A DNA stretch of 64,000 bases from Novakomyces olei (lineage: Eukaryota). Of this stretch, positions 62,930 to 64,000 are shown in pieces. Below the pieces are notes generated by a model. That model had not been told where the DNA came from. It searched no databases and worked only from the letters and a program-made list of their open reading frames with translations. Each line of letters starts with the position of its first letter. Position 1 is the first letter of the stretch. Position numbers and translations under genes: made by a program. Where the stretch lies: positions 558,001 through 622,000 of the forward strand of contig JADEYG010000001.1 of NCBI GenBank assembly GCA_016906335.1. Reading direction: 5' to 3'.

Positions 62930-64000
62930 TCACTTGAAGGCGGCAAGGCACTCTTCGGCTGTCTTTCCGGGATTGTCAAACTGCCATCGCAAAACAGCGT
63001 CCAGCGCTTCTTTCATGGCCGGTCCCGGCTGGGCAATTCCTTCTTTCCGAAGCGTATTACCATCTAGAAGCGGTTTTACAGCGTACGCTTCCTGCAGATT
63101 TTCGTGTTTAACCATTTCTGCAAACGCAAAGTATCGCGAAACAATCGAATCGTCTATTCTGTCAAGAGATTGTGCAGTGTGCTCGAGCAATAATTGTGAG
63201 AGTAATACCACAGGCCAGCACGGACCGCAATGCCGAATTGTGAACGCTGAATTTAGCAAAATTGCAAACAGATTATCGGTGATGCAATGACACAATCACA
63301 CAAATGTGTCATAACTTTGTGATTTAAATTTATTTTTCCGATTACATATTTATATCTATTTTGACTTACCCAGTTTTGATCTCGGTGTCGTGTCCTCCAA
63401 CAAAGACTTTGGCAGGTACGTGCATATTTTTTGCAAACTTTCCAATAAAGAGGCATTGAGTTTCAAGCCCTGGCGAACAACCACAGCGGGAAGATAATAT
63501 TCGTGCTTACCCACCCGGCCAGTCTCGCTTGCCCAGGGAAGCAATGCAACATTTAGCCAATACAAATGATCTGTATTTATAAAACTGTCTTGTAGTCGGC
63601 TAGCCAGCTGATTAGCCAATCGCAAAAGGCGAGCGTAGCCGGCCTTTTCTGTCTCTGGGGTATCAAAGATAGTGCTGATGAGGTCCAGTTCATTCAACAA
63701 GGACAGACTTGCAAAGGCAGTTTTACAGAGCATTTTATCAACCTCAATGCCAATTCGTTCCCGGCTTATTTTCGTACGCAGAGCGGCTTTTATCGTACCA
63801 TCTCGCATAGCCTCGGCCGTTGCATCGTCCAGTGCGAATCCATATCGCGTGGCAAATCTGATCAGTCGTAAAACGCGTAAAGGATCATCGCGAAATGTTT
63901 GAAGAGGCGCTAACGGTGTACGTATTATACCGCGTTCCAAGTCGGAAAGGCCTCGACCTGTAAAATCTTCAATAGAGTCTGTTGCTAGGTTGTAGAAAAG
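62930..64000 (-). CDS. CCA1: tRNA CCA nucleotidyltransferase, 3' part
   Basis: FYNL..IEDFTGRGLSDL, TFRDDPLRVLRLIRFATR, KISRERIGIEVDKM and KPLLDGN. Intron about 63248-63370. Gene starts beyond the window. Confidence 0.95.

Overview
Gene-dense eukaryotic DNA from an ascomycete fungus. An early-diverging yeast-like lineage is likely, but that is inference. I can support about 35 protein-coding genes in 64 kb, most with short spliceosomal introns. Introns are either about 32-60 nt or 80-300 nt and padded with low-complexity sequence. Gene content is housekeeping: fRMsr, DUF2439/Mte1-like, PUS1, NIP7, SRP72, MRH4, ATP23, Aurora kinase, SGF73, PEX26-like, DRS2, BolA, LTV1, RPL41, CRIPT, mL46, twinfilin, SFC1, PHD/RING, CRD1, DsbA-like, CGR1, UXT-like prefoldin, RPC34, otubain, REX1-B, MAS2, ORT1-like carrier, TMA22, CCT4, REG1-like, ESA1, AAH1, COG7-like and CCA1. 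Two genes (fRMsr, RPL41) are absent from the ORF track, and several others appear only as fragments and were rebuilt by splicing by hand. I found no transposon, tRNA, rRNA or CRISPR array. Most notable: an ORT1-like intron that must use either a non-canonical ATAAGT...AA pair or a very weak GTTGCC donor; 32-40 nt introns, two flanking a 10-nt micro-exon; a candidate H/ACA snoRNA; an unexplained, apparently spliced locus beside TTAGGG repeats; and several gene families that S. cerevisiae lacks. All gene names come from recognising motifs, not from database searches.
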